A DNA stretch of 64,000 bases from Myxococcota bacterium (GCA_041389495.1 JAWKRT010000002.1:1067758-1131757); one strand, 5' to 3'. Positions 8,896 to 19,180 are shown, counted from the stretch's first letter. The notes: generated from the letters alone by a model not told the origin. Translations and numbers: made by a program.

Positions 8896-11800
8896 ATGCG
8901 CGCGCGCCCGCCTGCCGCCGTTCCCGTCCCCGCGCGCGCGGTGCGCGCCGCCCTCCTGTGCGCAGTCGCCTCGCTGCTGCTCGTCGCCGCCGCCGGCTGC
9001 GCGCCCGAGCGCGACGACGCGCCGGCGCCCGCTCCGACGAGCGGCGACGCCGCGCTCGCGACGCCCGCGCGCGAGCGCGTGCTCGTCTTCGCCGGCGGCG
9101 ACGGCACCGTGCACGGCGCGACGCGCGCCGTCGCCGACGAGGTCGCCGCGGTCGCGTCCGAGGCGGGGCTGCGCGCGGAGGTCGCGACGGACGCCGACGC
9201 GCTCGCGGGCGACGCGCTCGCCGACGCGCGCCTGCTCGCGCTCGTGCACACGTCGGGCGCGAGCTGGGACGCGGCGCTGCGCACGGACGTCCGGCGCTTC
9301 GTCCAGGCCGGCGGCGGCGTCGTGCTCGTGCACCCGACGCTCGCCTACCGCAACGACTGGGGGTGGATGCGTCGCCTCGCGGGCACGACGCGCGCGATGC
9401 ACGGGCCCGAGCGCGTGCGCGACGTGGGCACGCGGGCCGTCGACTCGGGCTGGCACGCGGTCGGCCCGCTGCTCGCCGGGAGCGCGGTCGAGGTCGTCGA
9501 CCGCGCCGGCGCGCCGCTCGCGTGGCGCCGCACGGTCGAGGGCGCGCGCGTCTTCGCGACCGACTTCGGGCACGACGCGGCGTCGCTCGCGCTCGCGCCG
9601 GCGCGCGACGCGCTGCGCAACGGGATCGTCTGGGCGGCGGGCGACGGCGCGCCGCTCGACTTCGCGCGCGCGATGCCGCGCGCGGGCTCGCTCGCGAAGG
9701 AGGTGCTCGCCGGGAACGCGCGCGAGCCGATCGCGCTCGCGCTGCTGCCGGGCGGCGGCGCGATCGTCACGCAGCGCCGCGGCGATCTCGCGTCCTGGAT
9801 GCCGGGCGAATCCGAGCTGCGCGCGGCCGGGCACGTCGATGTCGATGCGGCCTACGAGTACGGGCTGCTCGGCATCGCGCTCGATCGGTCGTTCCCGGAG
9901 ACGGGCTGGCTGTACGTGCTCGCGACGAAGCCGCGCGACGGCGCGTCGCCGCGCCGCCACCGCGTCGCGCGCTTCGACTGGGACGCGCAGGCGCGCGCGA
10001 TCGACCCCGCGAGCGAGCGCGTGCTGCTCGAGATCCCGCTCGACGAGGCGGGCGCCATCCACGCGGGCGGTGCGCTCGCGATGGACGGAGACGGCCTGCT
10101 GTGGATCGCGACCGGCGACGACACGCAGCCTTCGGGCTCGGACGGCTACGCGCCGCTCGACTTCTCGCCGGGCCGCGAGCGCTTCGACGCCGCGCGCACG
10201 GCGGGGAGCGCGGGCGACCTGCGCGGCAAGCTGCTGCGCATCCGCCCGGAGCGCGACGGCACGTACTCGATCCCCGACGGCAACCTGTTCGCAGCGGGCG
10301 CGCGCGCGAACGCCGGCGCGGCCGCGCGCGCGAACGGCGCGGACGCGGGCGGCGACGCGCCGGGCGGCCGGCCCGAGATCTTCGCGATGGGCCTGCGCAA
10401 CCCGTTCACGCTCGCCCTCGACGCGGCCGGGCGCGCCGTGTTCGTCGGCGAGCCCGGCCCCGACGCGTCGCGCGACGACGCCGTGCGCGGGCCGCGCGGC
10501 TACGACGAGATCGAGCGCGTCGACGCGCCCGGGAACTTCGGCTGGCCCTTCTTCGGCGGCGACGGCAGCGCGTACGGTCCGGCGAAGCAGCCCGCCGAGG
10601 CGCCGCGCAACGCGTCGCCGCACGCCGCGGGGAGCCGCGCGCTGCCGCCCGCGCGCGCCGCGTGGCTCGCCTATCCCTACGCGTGGTCCGCGGACTACCC
10701 CGAGCTCGGGCGCGGCGGGCGCAGCGTCTTCGTCGGCGGCGTCGTCGACGACGCGGTGCGCGGCGGGCGGCGCCTGCTCGTCGGCGACTTCATGCGCGAG
10801 TCGCTGCACTGGGTCGCGATCGACGAAGGCGGCGCGGCGGCGCGCATCGAACCCGTCGCGCCCGGCGTCGCGTGGAGCTCGCCCGTCGGCGCGGCGATCG
10901 GCGCCGACGGCGCGATCTACGTGCTCGAGTACGGGACGGGGTGGTACAGCGAGAACACGGACGCGCAGCTCGCGCGGCTCGTCCCGCGCCCGGACGCGGG
11001 CGCGCCGGACGACGCCCGCGCGGCGCCCGATGCGCGCGCGTCGCGCGCCGGCGGCGGCGCCCTCGAGCGCTGGATCGCGCTCGCGGGGAGCGCGTCGTTC
11101 CACCGCGACGGCGCGCTCGCGTGGCGCTTCGCGGGCGAGGCGGGCGACGCCGCGCGCGCGCGCGTGCGCGTTCGCTATGTCGAGGAGCGCGGCGACGCGC
11201 GCGCCGCCGAGGCGCTCGAGGCGCACGGCTGCGCGAGCTGTCACGTCGCGCTCGCCGCGGGCGAGGCCGGCCCGGGCGCGCCGCCCGGCGTCGACGCCCT
11301 GCGCGCTCGCTATGCGGCCCCGACCGATGCCGTGCTCGAGGCGCTCGCCGACAAGGTCGAGCGCGGCGGTGCGGGGAGCTTCGGCGAGGTGCCGATGCCG
11401 CCGCAGACGGGCATCGACCGCGCGACGCTGCGGCGCATGCTGGCCCACTGGCTCGCGCCGCGCGCGGCGCCGGCGGTGCACGAGGCCGCGGCGAGCGGCT
11501 CGCTCGCGCTGCGCGAGCACGCCGCGCACGTCGTCGACACGCGCGTCGGCCCGCTCGTGCGCGGCGGCTACCGCGTGAGCGTCGAGGTCGACGGCACCGA
11601 GCGCGCGTCGCGCCTCGTGCGCGCGCTCCGCTTCCCCGCCGACGAGCACGATGCCGCCGCGGGCGTGCAGCTCGCGCCGGCGGGGGGCGGCGTCGACGCG
11701 GTGGTCGCGGTGGAGGAGGGCGCGTGGCTGCGCTTCGACGCCGTCGACCTGCGCGGCGTCGCGTCGATCGACGTGCTCGTCGCGGGCGTCGCGTCGGCCT

Positions 11801-12048
11801 CGGGCGCGCGGGTGGAGCTGCGCGTCGGCGCGCCCGACGGCGCGCCGCTCGGCGCGCCGCGCGACGTCGACCTGCGGCGCGCGCGGACGGCGCGCGTCGC
11901 GTTCCCGGTCGACGCGGCGGCGCTCCCGGGCTCGCCCTCGGCCGGGCGAGCACCCGGCGACCTCTACGTCGTCGTGCGGCGCGGGCGCGCGCGCGAGCTC
12001 GCCGGAATCCTCGGTATCGAGGTCGTGCCGCGCGCGCGCGCGCGTTGA
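8896..12048 (+). CDS. Multidomain lipoprotein: ThuA-like / glucose-sorbosone (PQQ) dehydrogenase propeller / cytochrome c / CBM6-like
   Basis: Lipobox-like AAAGC. GSDH motifs HAGGALAMDGDGLLWIATGD, GKLLRI, EIFAMGLRNPF, GNFGWP. Heme motif CASCH with downstream MPPQ. C-terminal GAWLRFDAVDL...VELRVGAPDG is CBM6-like. Confidence 0.8.
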   Translation: MRARPPAAVPVPARAVRAALLCAVASLLLVAAAGCAPERDDAPAPAPTSGDAALATPARERVLVFAGGDGTVHGATRAVADEVAAVASEAGLRAEVATDADALAGDALADARLLALVHTSGASWDAALRTDVRRFVQAGGGVVLVHPTLAYRNDWGWMRRLAGTTRAMHGPERVRDVGTRAVDSGWHAVGPLLAGSAVEVVDRAGAPLAWRRTVEGARVFATDFGHDAASLALAPARDALRNGIVWAAGDGAPLDFARAMPRAGSLAKEVLAGNAREPIALALLPGGGAIVTQRRGDLASWMPGESELRAAGHVDVDAAYEYGLLGIALDRSFPETGWLYVLATKPRDGASPRRHRVARFDWDAQARAIDPASERVLLEIPLDEAGAIHAGGALAMDGDGLLWIATGDDTQPSGSDGYAPLDFSPGRERFDAARTAGSAGDLRGKLLRIRPERDGTYSIPDGNLFAAGARANAGAAARANGADAGGDAPGGRPEIFAMGLRNPFTLALDAAGRAVFVGEPGPDASRDDAVRGPRGYDEIERVDAPGNFGWPFFGGDGSAYGPAKQPAEAPRNASPHAAGSRALPPARAAWLAYPYAWSADYPELGRGGRSVFVGGVVDDAVRGGRRLLVGDFMRESLHWVAIDEGGAAARIEPVAPGVAWSSPVGAAIGADGAIYVLEYGTGWYSENTDAQLARLVPRPDAGAPDDARAAPDARASRAGGGALERWIALAGSASFHRDGALAWRFAGEAGDAARARVRVRYVEERGDARAAEALEAHGCASCHVALAAGEAGPGAPPGVDALRARYAAPTDAVLEALADKVERGGAGSFGEVPMPPQTGIDRATLRRMLAHWLAPRAAPAVHEAAASGSLALREHAAHVVDTRVGPLVRGGYRVSVEVDGTERASRLVRALRFPADEHDAAAGVQLAPAGGGVDAVVAVEEGAWLRFDAVDLRGVASIDVLVAGVASASGARVELRVGAPDGAPLGAPRDVDLRRARTARVAFPVDAAALPGSPSAGRAPGDLYVVVRRGRARELAGILGIEVVPRARAR

Positions 12049-12125
12049 CGCGCGGCGACCCGCTGACCTAGCGTGCGCGCGCTCGCGCGCCGCCGCGCGC
12101 GACGAACGCCGGAGGCACGCATCCC

Positions 12126-13388
12126 GTGGCAGGCAGGCTCGCGACGATGGCCGAGCGCTATCCGCGCCCCGACTGGGTGCGGCGCGTCAACGCGATGGGC
12201 GACTCGCTCGGAGGGCCCGTCGAGGGCGCGCGCCGGCTCGTCCCGATCGACCCGGATGCGATGGTGGAGGAAGCGGTGCGCTCGCTCGGCCTCGCCGGCG
12301 ACGCGCTCGCGGGCGACTTCGGCGACCCGGGCTGGCGCGCGCGCTTCGACGCGCTCGCGCGCGCCGTGCACGGGAGCCGCATGACGGTGGTCGGGCGCCT
12401 GATGACGCGCCAGGAGCTCTTCCGCGCACTGCGCACGCGGCTGCTGCAGAACCGCGCGTGGGCGCAGGATGCGGGCATCGCGAGCGAGCGCATCGAGGCG
12501 CCGCTCGTCGTCACGGGACCGGCGCGCTCGGGCACGACCATCCTGTTCGAGCTGCTCTGGCTCGACCCGGGCGTGCGCGCGCCTCTCGCGTGGGAGGCGC
12601 TGCATCCGCTGCCGATGCCCGAGGGCGACGCCGAGTCCGTGCGCGTGCGCGCGAGCGAGTGCGAGCAGGAGCTGTGGGCCGACGTGCAGCCCGAGTTCGC
12701 CGCCGTCCACGAGCTGCGGTCGGACCTTCCCGTCGAGTGCGTGACGCTCACCCAGCCGTGCTTCGCGGGCACGCACTGGCCGATGATCGGCCAGCTCGAG
12801 GGCTTCGCACTCGACCCGGTCGAGATGTACGCGTACGAGAAGCGCGCGCTCCAGCTGTTGCAGCGCGGGCGGCCGCCCGCGACGTGGCTGCTCAAGACGC
12901 CGGGCCACCTGATGACGATCGATCTCCTGCTCGGCACGTTCCCCGACGCGCGCGTGATCCAGACGCACCGCGACCCCGCGAAGACGATGCCGTCGACGGT
13001 CAGCACCACCGCGATGGTGATGTGGATGCGCTCGAACGACATCGATCTCGAGCTGCTCACGGGCGCGGTGCAGGCGGGCTTCTCGGCGGCGCTCAACGCC
13101 GTCGCGCAGCGGCGCGCGGAGGGGAGCCTCCCCGCCGCGCAGTTCGGCGACGTGCACTTCCAGGAGCTGCTGAAGGATCCGGTCGACGCGATCCGCCGCG
13201 CCTACGACCAGATCGGCCGGCCCTTCGCCGCCGAGCACGGCGAGCGCATCGTCGCCTATCTCGCGGAGAAGCCGAAGGGGAAGTTCGGCGTGCACCGCTA
13301 CGCGCCCGAGGACTGGGGCTTCACGGCGAAGGGGCTGCGCGACGACCTCGCGCCCTACCTCTCGCACTTCGGCGTCGCGCTCGAGTAG
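12126..13388 (+). CDS. Sulfotransferase family protein
   Basis: PAPS-binding TGPARSGTT, WLLKTPGH, QTHRDP. The start could alternatively be ATG 12147. Confidence 0.88.
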   Translation: MAGRLATMAERYPRPDWVRRVNAMGDSLGGPVEGARRLVPIDPDAMVEEAVRSLGLAGDALAGDFGDPGWRARFDALARAVHGSRMTVVGRLMTRQELFRALRTRLLQNRAWAQDAGIASERIEAPLVVTGPARSGTTILFELLWLDPGVRAPLAWEALHPLPMPEGDAESVRVRASECEQELWADVQPEFAAVHELRSDLPVECVTLTQPCFAGTHWPMIGQLEGFALDPVEMYAYEKRALQLLQRGRPPATWLLKTPGHLMTIDLLLGTFPDARVIQTHRDPAKTMPSTVSTTAMVMWMRSNDIDLELLTGAVQAGFSAALNAVAQRRAEGSLPAAQFGDVHFQELLKDPVDAIRRAYDQIGRPFAAEHGERIVAYLAEKPKGKFGVHRYAPEDWGFTAKGLRDDLAPYLSHFGVALE

Positions 13389-13428
13389 CCGCGCGCCCGC
13401 TGCGCGACGGCGCGCGTCGCGCGCCCGC

Positions 13429-16404
13429 TCACCAGTACGTGCCGACGCGGATGCCGACCGCGTGCGTCGTGCGATCGGCGTCGAGGCCCACGTCGTAGGC
13501 CGCGCGCGCCTCGTAGCCGTTCGCCGTGCGCACCGTCCACGCGACGCCCGCGTTCGCGCCGTTGCGCTGCAGCTCGGCGCCGCGCACGAGCAGGCGCGCC
13601 GACGTCGTCTGGCCGACGAGGCGCGCGTCGATCGCGCGGTCGCGGTCGGCCACCTCCTGCTGCCACTCGCCGTAGACCTCGGGCAGGAGCCACACGTCGC
13701 GCTCGATCTCGAACGCGGCGCGCAGCCGCGTGCCGGCGCCGACGACGACGGAGTCGAGCCGCTCGCGCGCGACGTCGAGTGACGCCGCGCCCGCGCCGCT
13801 CTCCCGGAACGCGTCGCGCTCGACGTGCGCCCAGGCGACGGACGCGTAGGGCTCGACGAGCCACGCGTCGGTCGCGACGAGCTTCGCCGCGGCCTCGAGG
13901 CGCACGCCCGCGTCGAGCCCGTCGAACGCGGCGCTCGCGCGCCGCACGTCGGCGCCGACGGCGACGGTGCGATCGCTCTCCATCTTCGAGTACGCGACGC
14001 GTCCCGAGAGGCCGAGGCGCAGGCGCTCGCCGGCGACGCCCCCGTAGAGCGCGCCCGTGTACGTGTCCGCCGAGGTCGTGCCGGTGCGGTCGTCGAAGTC
14101 GACGTCCGCATTCGCGTAGCCGAACGCGGCGCCGAGGCGCGCGCTCGCGAGCGCGGCGCTCGCGCTCGCCGCGAACGGGCGCCACTCGGCGCCGAGCGCG
14201 CCGCCCGCGACCCGCGTGTCGAGCGCGCTCGCGCCGCGCCGGCCGTCGACGTCCGAGAACGAGGCGTACGGCTCGATCCACAGGTCGAAGGGCGCGTGTG
14301 CGACGGGCGCGTCGAGCAGCAGGCCCTCGCCGCGCGGGCGATCGGCGCCGAACGCGTCGCTCGCGTCGCGCAGCCGCCCGTGCAGCGTGCGCTCGAAGCG
14401 GCGCGCGTTCTCGAGCCGCACCGTCGCGAGCTGCGTCAGCGTCTCGCCCGCGAGCGACTCGAGCGCGCGCCGGAAGTTGCGCGTCGTGAGCGTCGAGAAG
14501 CCCTGGAAGAGCGAGAGCAGGTCGCCCGTCGCGGTCGGGAGCTCGGCGTCGATTGCCGCGGCGACGCTCGCCTGCGTCGGCGTCGCGGCGACGCTCGCAT
14601 AGCTCGCGGCGTTGCTGTTCACGACGAGCTGCACGGAGCCTGGGAGCGTCGTCATCGAGACGTCGAGCAGCGGGAAGTCGTCGGTGAACGCGAGCGCGCC
14701 CGTGATCGAGCCGGCGGTGAGCACGGTCGCCGTCTGGCTCGTGTACGTGCCGGGCGCGACGACGAGCTCGAGCGTGCCGCCGGTGAGGCTCGCGGCGTTC
14801 GCGACGGCGAGGCGGTCGTTCGCGCCCGCGCCCGGCGCGACCTCGATCTCGAGCACCGAGCCGCTCGCGAATGCGACGGCGTCGACCGCGAGCGTGTCGA
14901 TCGCCGCGCCCGAGGCGGCTCCCGGCGCGATGCGGCCGGCGTTCGCGACGGCGCCCGCGATCGCGCCGCCGCCGCCGAGCGTCGCCGGCGCGGCCACGCC
15001 CACGCCGCTCGTCGCGAGGCTCCCGCCGACGTCGAGCCTTCCGGCGAGCACGTTCGTCGCGCCCGTGTACGTGTGCGCGGCCGCGAGCGCGAGCGCGCCC
15101 GCGCCGCGCTTCTCGACGTCGCCCGCGCCCGAGACGGCGATCGACGCGATCGCGTCGGTCGGCTGGTCGAAGACGAGCCGCGCGCCCGACTGCACGAGCG
15201 TGTCGAGCGGGAGGCTCGCCGCGCGCACGACGAGGGCGCCGGCGTTCACGCGGGCCGTACCGCCCGCGAGCGCGCTCGCGTTGCCCGCGAGCGTGAGCGT
15301 CCCCGCGCCGTCCTTCTCGAAGTCGCCCGCGCCCGAGAGGGCGCGCGCGAACGTCGCGGTGGCGGGCTCGTCGATCACGAGCCTTCCGCCGGCGTCGATC
15401 TGCACGTCGCCCGCGATCGCGGCCGCCGCGCCGCGCAGCGTCGTCACGTTCCCGACCTGCGCGCGCGCGAACGAGTTCGCCGCGCCGTTCGGTGCGAGCC
15501 GCAGGTCGCCGCCGCCCGTCACGAGCAGAAGCCCGCTGCCGCCGATCGAGCCCGTGTAGGTCGGCGTGCCGATCGGGTTCATCTCGAGCGTGGCGCCCGA
15601 AGCGACGCTGATGGCGCCGCGGAACGCGCCGGGCAGGCCGGCGAGCGTGCCCGCGTTCACGGTCGTGCCGCCGCTGTACGTGTTGGCGCCGGCGAACACG
15701 AGCCGGTTGGTCGAGTTCTTCACGACGGCGCCCGTGCCGCTGATGATGCCGCCGTACGTGCCGTCGGCGGCGTCGGTGAAGAGGAGCTTCGTGTCGGTCG
15801 CGAGGTCGACGTTGCCGGGGAGGCTTCCGATCGCCACCTCGAGCTCGCCCGCCGTGACCTTCGTGCCGCCGGTGAACGCGTTGGCGCCGGTGAGCGTGAG
15901 GCGCGCGGTGCCGCGCTTGTCGAGCTTGCCCGCCGCGCCGGAGGCGGCGTCGCGGATCACCTGGTCGAACGTCTGCGCGCTGCGGACGTCGAGCACGAGC
16001 GTCGCGCCGCTCTCGAGCGCGATGTCGCCGTCCGCGACCTTCACGTCGATCAGCGTGAGCGTCTGGTTCGGGTCGACGCTCGCGACGAGCATGCCGTCGC
16101 CCATCAAGGTGAGCCCCGACGACGCGGTCGTGCCGTCGAGCGAGAGCGTCTGCGCGATGTCGGGGAGCGGCGTCAGGAGCTGGATGGCGCTCGTCGTGCC
16201 GAAGCCCTGGAAGACGATGCGGTCGCTGCCCGCGGCGGCGTTCGCGTCCGCGACGCCCTGGCGCAGGCTGCCCGCGCCGGCGTCGTCCATCGTCGTGACG
16301 GTGAAGTCGGCGGCGCCGGCGCCGGCGGCCGCGAGCGCGACGGCGGCCGCGAGCGCGCCTGCGATCGCGCGCGGGCGCGCCGCGCCGCGACGCGCGCTCC
16401 TCAC
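13429..16404 (-). CDS. Autotransporter with passenger-associated beta-strand repeats and C-terminal beta-barrel
   Basis: GTG 16404 overlaps the upstream stop (GTGA). Signal peptide, GAGSLRQ (CSLREA-like) N-domain, ~5 K.G.G.L.L.GAN.Y.GGT.V.AG.L repeats, and a barrel with alternating residues ending in W. Confidence 0.9.
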   Translation of the reverse strand: MRSARRGAARPRAIAGALAAAVALAAAGAGAADFTVTTMDDAGAGSLRQGVADANAAAGSDRIVFQGFGTTSAIQLLTPLPDIAQTLSLDGTTASSGLTLMGDGMLVASVDPNQTLTLIDVKVADGDIALESGATLVLDVRSAQTFDQVIRDAASGAAGKLDKRGTARLTLTGANAFTGGTKVTAGELEVAIGSLPGNVDLATDTKLLFTDAADGTYGGIISGTGAVVKNSTNRLVFAGANTYSGGTTVNAGTLAGLPGAFRGAISVASGATLEMNPIGTPTYTGSIGGSGLLLVTGGGDLRLAPNGAANSFARAQVGNVTTLRGAAAAIAGDVQIDAGGRLVIDEPATATFARALSGAGDFEKDGAGTLTLAGNASALAGGTARVNAGALVVRAASLPLDTLVQSGARLVFDQPTDAIASIAVSGAGDVEKRGAGALALAAAHTYTGATNVLAGRLDVGGSLATSGVGVAAPATLGGGGAIAGAVANAGRIAPGAASGAAIDTLAVDAVAFASGSVLEIEVAPGAGANDRLAVANAASLTGGTLELVVAPGTYTSQTATVLTAGSITGALAFTDDFPLLDVSMTTLPGSVQLVVNSNAASYASVAATPTQASVAAAIDAELPTATGDLLSLFQGFSTLTTRNFRRALESLAGETLTQLATVRLENARRFERTLHGRLRDASDAFGADRPRGEGLLLDAPVAHAPFDLWIEPYASFSDVDGRRGASALDTRVAGGALGAEWRPFAASASAALASARLGAAFGYANADVDFDDRTGTTSADTYTGALYGGVAGERLRLGLSGRVAYSKMESDRTVAVGADVRRASAAFDGLDAGVRLEAAAKLVATDAWLVEPYASVAWAHVERDAFRESGAGAASLDVARERLDSVVVGAGTRLRAAFEIERDVWLLPEVYGEWQQEVADRDRAIDARLVGQTTSARLLVRGAELQRNGANAGVAWTVRTANGYEARAAYDVGLDADRTTHAVGIRVGTYW

Positions 16405-17210
16405 TCGCTGCCCGGCCAGCGCGGCTTGCGCTTCTCGAAGAACGCGCGCGCGGCCTCCTCCGTCTCGCCCGAGCTCCCGGCCATGATCTGGTTGCGGTTC
16501 TCGAGCTGGATCGCCGCCTCGAGGTTCGGCACGTCGAGGTTGGCCCACATGACCTGCTTCGTCGCGAACAGGCCGAAGGGCGAGAAGTCGCAGAGCTCGT
16601 CGGCGAGCGCGAGCGCGTCGTCGACGACGCGGCCGTCGTCCGACAGACGCGTGACGACGCCCCAGCGCTCGGCCTCCTCGGCCGTGAACGGGCGCGCCGT
16701 CATGATCAGGTCGTGCGCGCGCGCGGCGCCCACGAGGCGCGGGAGCGTGTAGCTCACGCCGATGTCGCAGCCCGAGACGCCGACGCGGATGAACTGCACG
16801 CAGAGCTTCGCCGAGCGCGCGGCGATGCGGAGGTCGCAGCCGAGTGCGAGGCCGAGCCCGCCGCCGTAGGCCGCGCCGTTGATCGCCGCGATGACGGGCT
16901 GCTGGATGCGGCGCAGGTGCGGCACGAGGCTCGCCATGCGGTTCTGCGCGAGGAGGCCGGCGCGCGGGCCCGACACGCCCTCGACGATCGCGCCGGGGTT
17001 CGACTGGTCGACGAGGTCGAGGCCCGCGCAGAACGCGCGGCCCGCGCCCGTCAGCACGACGACGCGACAGCGGTTGTCGCGGTCGATCGCGTCGAGTGCG
17101 GCGTGCAGCTCCTCGACGAGCTCCCACGAGAGCGCGTTCAGGCGTTCGGGGCGCGCGAGGCGCAGCAGCGCGACCTGCGGCTTCGGGTACTCGAGCTCGA
17201 GCGTGTTCAC
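16401..17210 (-). CDS. Enoyl-CoA hydratase/isomerase (crotonase family)
   Basis: Start GTG 17210. AFCAGLDL, PVIAAINGAAYGGG, CDLRIA motifs. Confidence 0.92.
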   Translation of the reverse strand: MNTLELEYPKPQVALLRLARPERLNALSWELVEELHAALDAIDRDNRCRVVVLTGAGRAFCAGLDLVDQSNPGAIVEGVSGPRAGLLAQNRMASLVPHLRRIQQPVIAAINGAAYGGGLGLALGCDLRIAARSAKLCVQFIRVGVSGCDIGVSYTLPRLVGAARAHDLIMTARPFTAEEAERWGVVTRLSDDGRVVDDALALADELCDFSPFGLFATKQVMWANLDVPNLEAAIQLENRNQIMAGSSGETEEAARAFFEKRKPRWPGSE

Positions 17211-17324
17211 ACGGGGCCTCGTGGCGCGCGCGGCGGGCGGCGCGGCGGAGCGCGTGCGGGCTTCCGCTTCGCGCGGCGGACGGGCATCATGGCACAGCCC
17301 GCATCCGGGCAGGAGGGACCCCGC

Positions 17325-18644
17325 GTGCGCCGATCGCCGTCTCCGTTCGTCCGCGCCGTTCGCGCTCCCGGCGCCGCCCTCGCGGCGGCGGTCGCACTCG
17401 CGGCGGCCTGCGCGCTCGCGTCGCCCGCGCGCGCGGGCGAGCTGCCGACCGCGCGCCCGAAGTCGGTCGGGCTCTCGGCCGAGCGCCTCGCGCGCCTCGG
17501 CACGGCCATGCAGCGCTACATCGACGAAGGGAAGGTGGCGGGCATCGTCACCGCCGTCGCGCGCGACGGGAAGGTCGTGCACCTGCAGACGCAGGGCGCG
17601 ATGGACTTCGAATCCGGCCGCCCGATGCAGGCCGACGCGATCTTCCGCATCTACTCGATGTCGAAGCCGATCGCCGCGACGGCGCTGATGATGCTGCACG
17701 AGCAGGGCGCGTTCGCGCTCTCCGACCCCGTCGCGAAGTTCCTGCCCGAGCTCGGCGCGATGAAGGTGATGACGGGCTTCGACAAGAAGGGGCAGCCCGT
17801 CCTCGTCGACGCGAAGAGCCCGATGACGATGCGGCAGATGCTGTCGCACACCGCGGGGCTCGGGTACGGGATCATTCCCGAGGGCCTCGACCGCGGCGAG
17901 GACCTCTACCGCGCGGCCGACCTGCGCGCGCGCGGCACGACGCTCGCGGAGTTCGTTCCCAAGCTCGCGAAGCTGCCGCTCCTCTACCCGCCCGGCACCG
18001 ACTGGCGCTACAGCCTCGCGAACGACGTGCAGGGCCGGCTCGTCGAGGTGCTCTCGGGCGTGCCGTTCGACCGCTTCCTCGCCGAGCGCATCTTCGGCCC
18101 GCTCGACATGCGCGACACGGGCTTCTTCGTGCCGGCCGAGAAGCTCGATCGCTTCACGTCGAACTACGTGTTCGGCGAGGGCGGGCGGCAGCTCGTCGAC
18201 GGGCCGGAGCACACGACCTACGGCGAGGGCGTGACGTTCTTCTCGGGAGGCGGCGGCCTCGTGTCGACGACGCGCGACTACCTGCGCTTCTGCGAGATGC
18301 TGCTGCGCGGCGGCGAGCTCGACGGCGCGCGCATCCTCGGGCCGAAGACGATCGAGCTGATGACGATGAACCACATGCCCGACGGCGTCGTGCAGCGCAT
18401 CGCCGGCGCCTACGAGCTTCCCGGGCGCGGCTACGGGCTCGGCTTCGGCATGATCGTCGACCGCGCGAAGGCCGGGACGACGGCGTCGAACGGCACCTAC
18501 TGGTGGGGCGGCGCGGCGAACACGGGCTTCTGGATCGACCCGAAGGAGCGCCTCACCGGCGTCGTGATGACGCAGCGCTTCCCGGGCGAGCTGCCGCTCG
18601 GCGAGCTGATGCAGACGCTGGTCTTCCAGGCGATCGAGTACTAG
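17325..18644 (+). CDS. Secreted serine hydrolase (class C beta-lactamase/esterase family)
   Basis: GTG 17325 with RBS aggaggg. Signal peptide, FRIYSMSK (SxxK), LLYPPGTDWRYS, YWWGGAANT. Confidence 0.9.
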   Translation: MRRSPSPFVRAVRAPGAALAAAVALAAACALASPARAGELPTARPKSVGLSAERLARLGTAMQRYIDEGKVAGIVTAVARDGKVVHLQTQGAMDFESGRPMQADAIFRIYSMSKPIAATALMMLHEQGAFALSDPVAKFLPELGAMKVMTGFDKKGQPVLVDAKSPMTMRQMLSHTAGLGYGIIPEGLDRGEDLYRAADLRARGTTLAEFVPKLAKLPLLYPPGTDWRYSLANDVQGRLVEVLSGVPFDRFLAERIFGPLDMRDTGFFVPAEKLDRFTSNYVFGEGGRQLVDGPEHTTYGEGVTFFSGGGGLVSTTRDYLRFCEMLLRGGELDGARILGPKTIELMTMNHMPDGVVQRIAGAYELPGRGYGLGFGMIVDRAKAGTTASNGTYWWGGAANTGFWIDPKERLTGVVMTQRFPGELPLGELMQTLVFQAIEY

Positions 18645-18706
18645 GCGCGCGCCGCGCCGCGCGCCCGATGGCGGGCGCGCGCCGCGCGCCGCGAACAGAG
18701 GGCCCG

Positions 18707-19180
18707 ATGAGCGACCAGAAGAGCGAAGAGTTCGAGACTCCCGACCGCGCCGCGATCCCCGGCATCACGCGCGCGCACGTGGCCGAGATGGAGGCGTCGA
18801 ACGACGACGCCGTCTGGGTGCGCGCCGGCATGGCGCACATGCTCGTGCGCACGCTCGGCCGCAAGTCGGGCCGCGAGCACAAGGTGGCGCTGCCCTACTG
18901 GCTCGACGCGCAGGGGCGGCCCGTCGTCGTCGGGTCCTACGCCGGCGCGCCGCAGCACCCCGCCTGGTACCTCAACCTCGCCGACCGCAGCGCGAACCCC
19001 GAGGTCTTCTGCCGCTTCCAGCACGAGGATTTCTGGGCGCGCGCCGACGTCCTCGACGGCGACGAGTACCGCGCCGTGTGGGACGCGCTCACGACGGACC
19101 GCGCCTACTATCGCGACTACCAGAAGCTCACCGAGCGGCGCCTGCCGCTCGTGCGCTTCGCGAAGCTGCGAAGCGCCTAG
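18707..19180 (+). CDS. Deazaflavin (F420)-dependent nitroreductase family protein (Ddn-like)
   Basis: LVRTLGRKSG, VVVGSYAGAPQHPAWYLNL..NP, YRDYQ..T.R..P motifs. Confidence 0.88.
   Translation: MSDQKSEEFETPDRAAIPGITRAHVAEMEASNDDAVWVRAGMAHMLVRTLGRKSGREHKVALPYWLDAQGRPVVVGSYAGAPQHPAWYLNLADRSANPEVFCRFQHEDFWARADVLDGDEYRAVWDALTTDRAYYRDYQKLTERRLPLVRFAKLRSA

Noticed and set aside
17325-18644. Antibiotic-resistance beta-lactamase
   Set aside because: The SxxK family membership is clear, but most such proteins are esterases or peptidases. Nothing in the sequence supports a resistance call.
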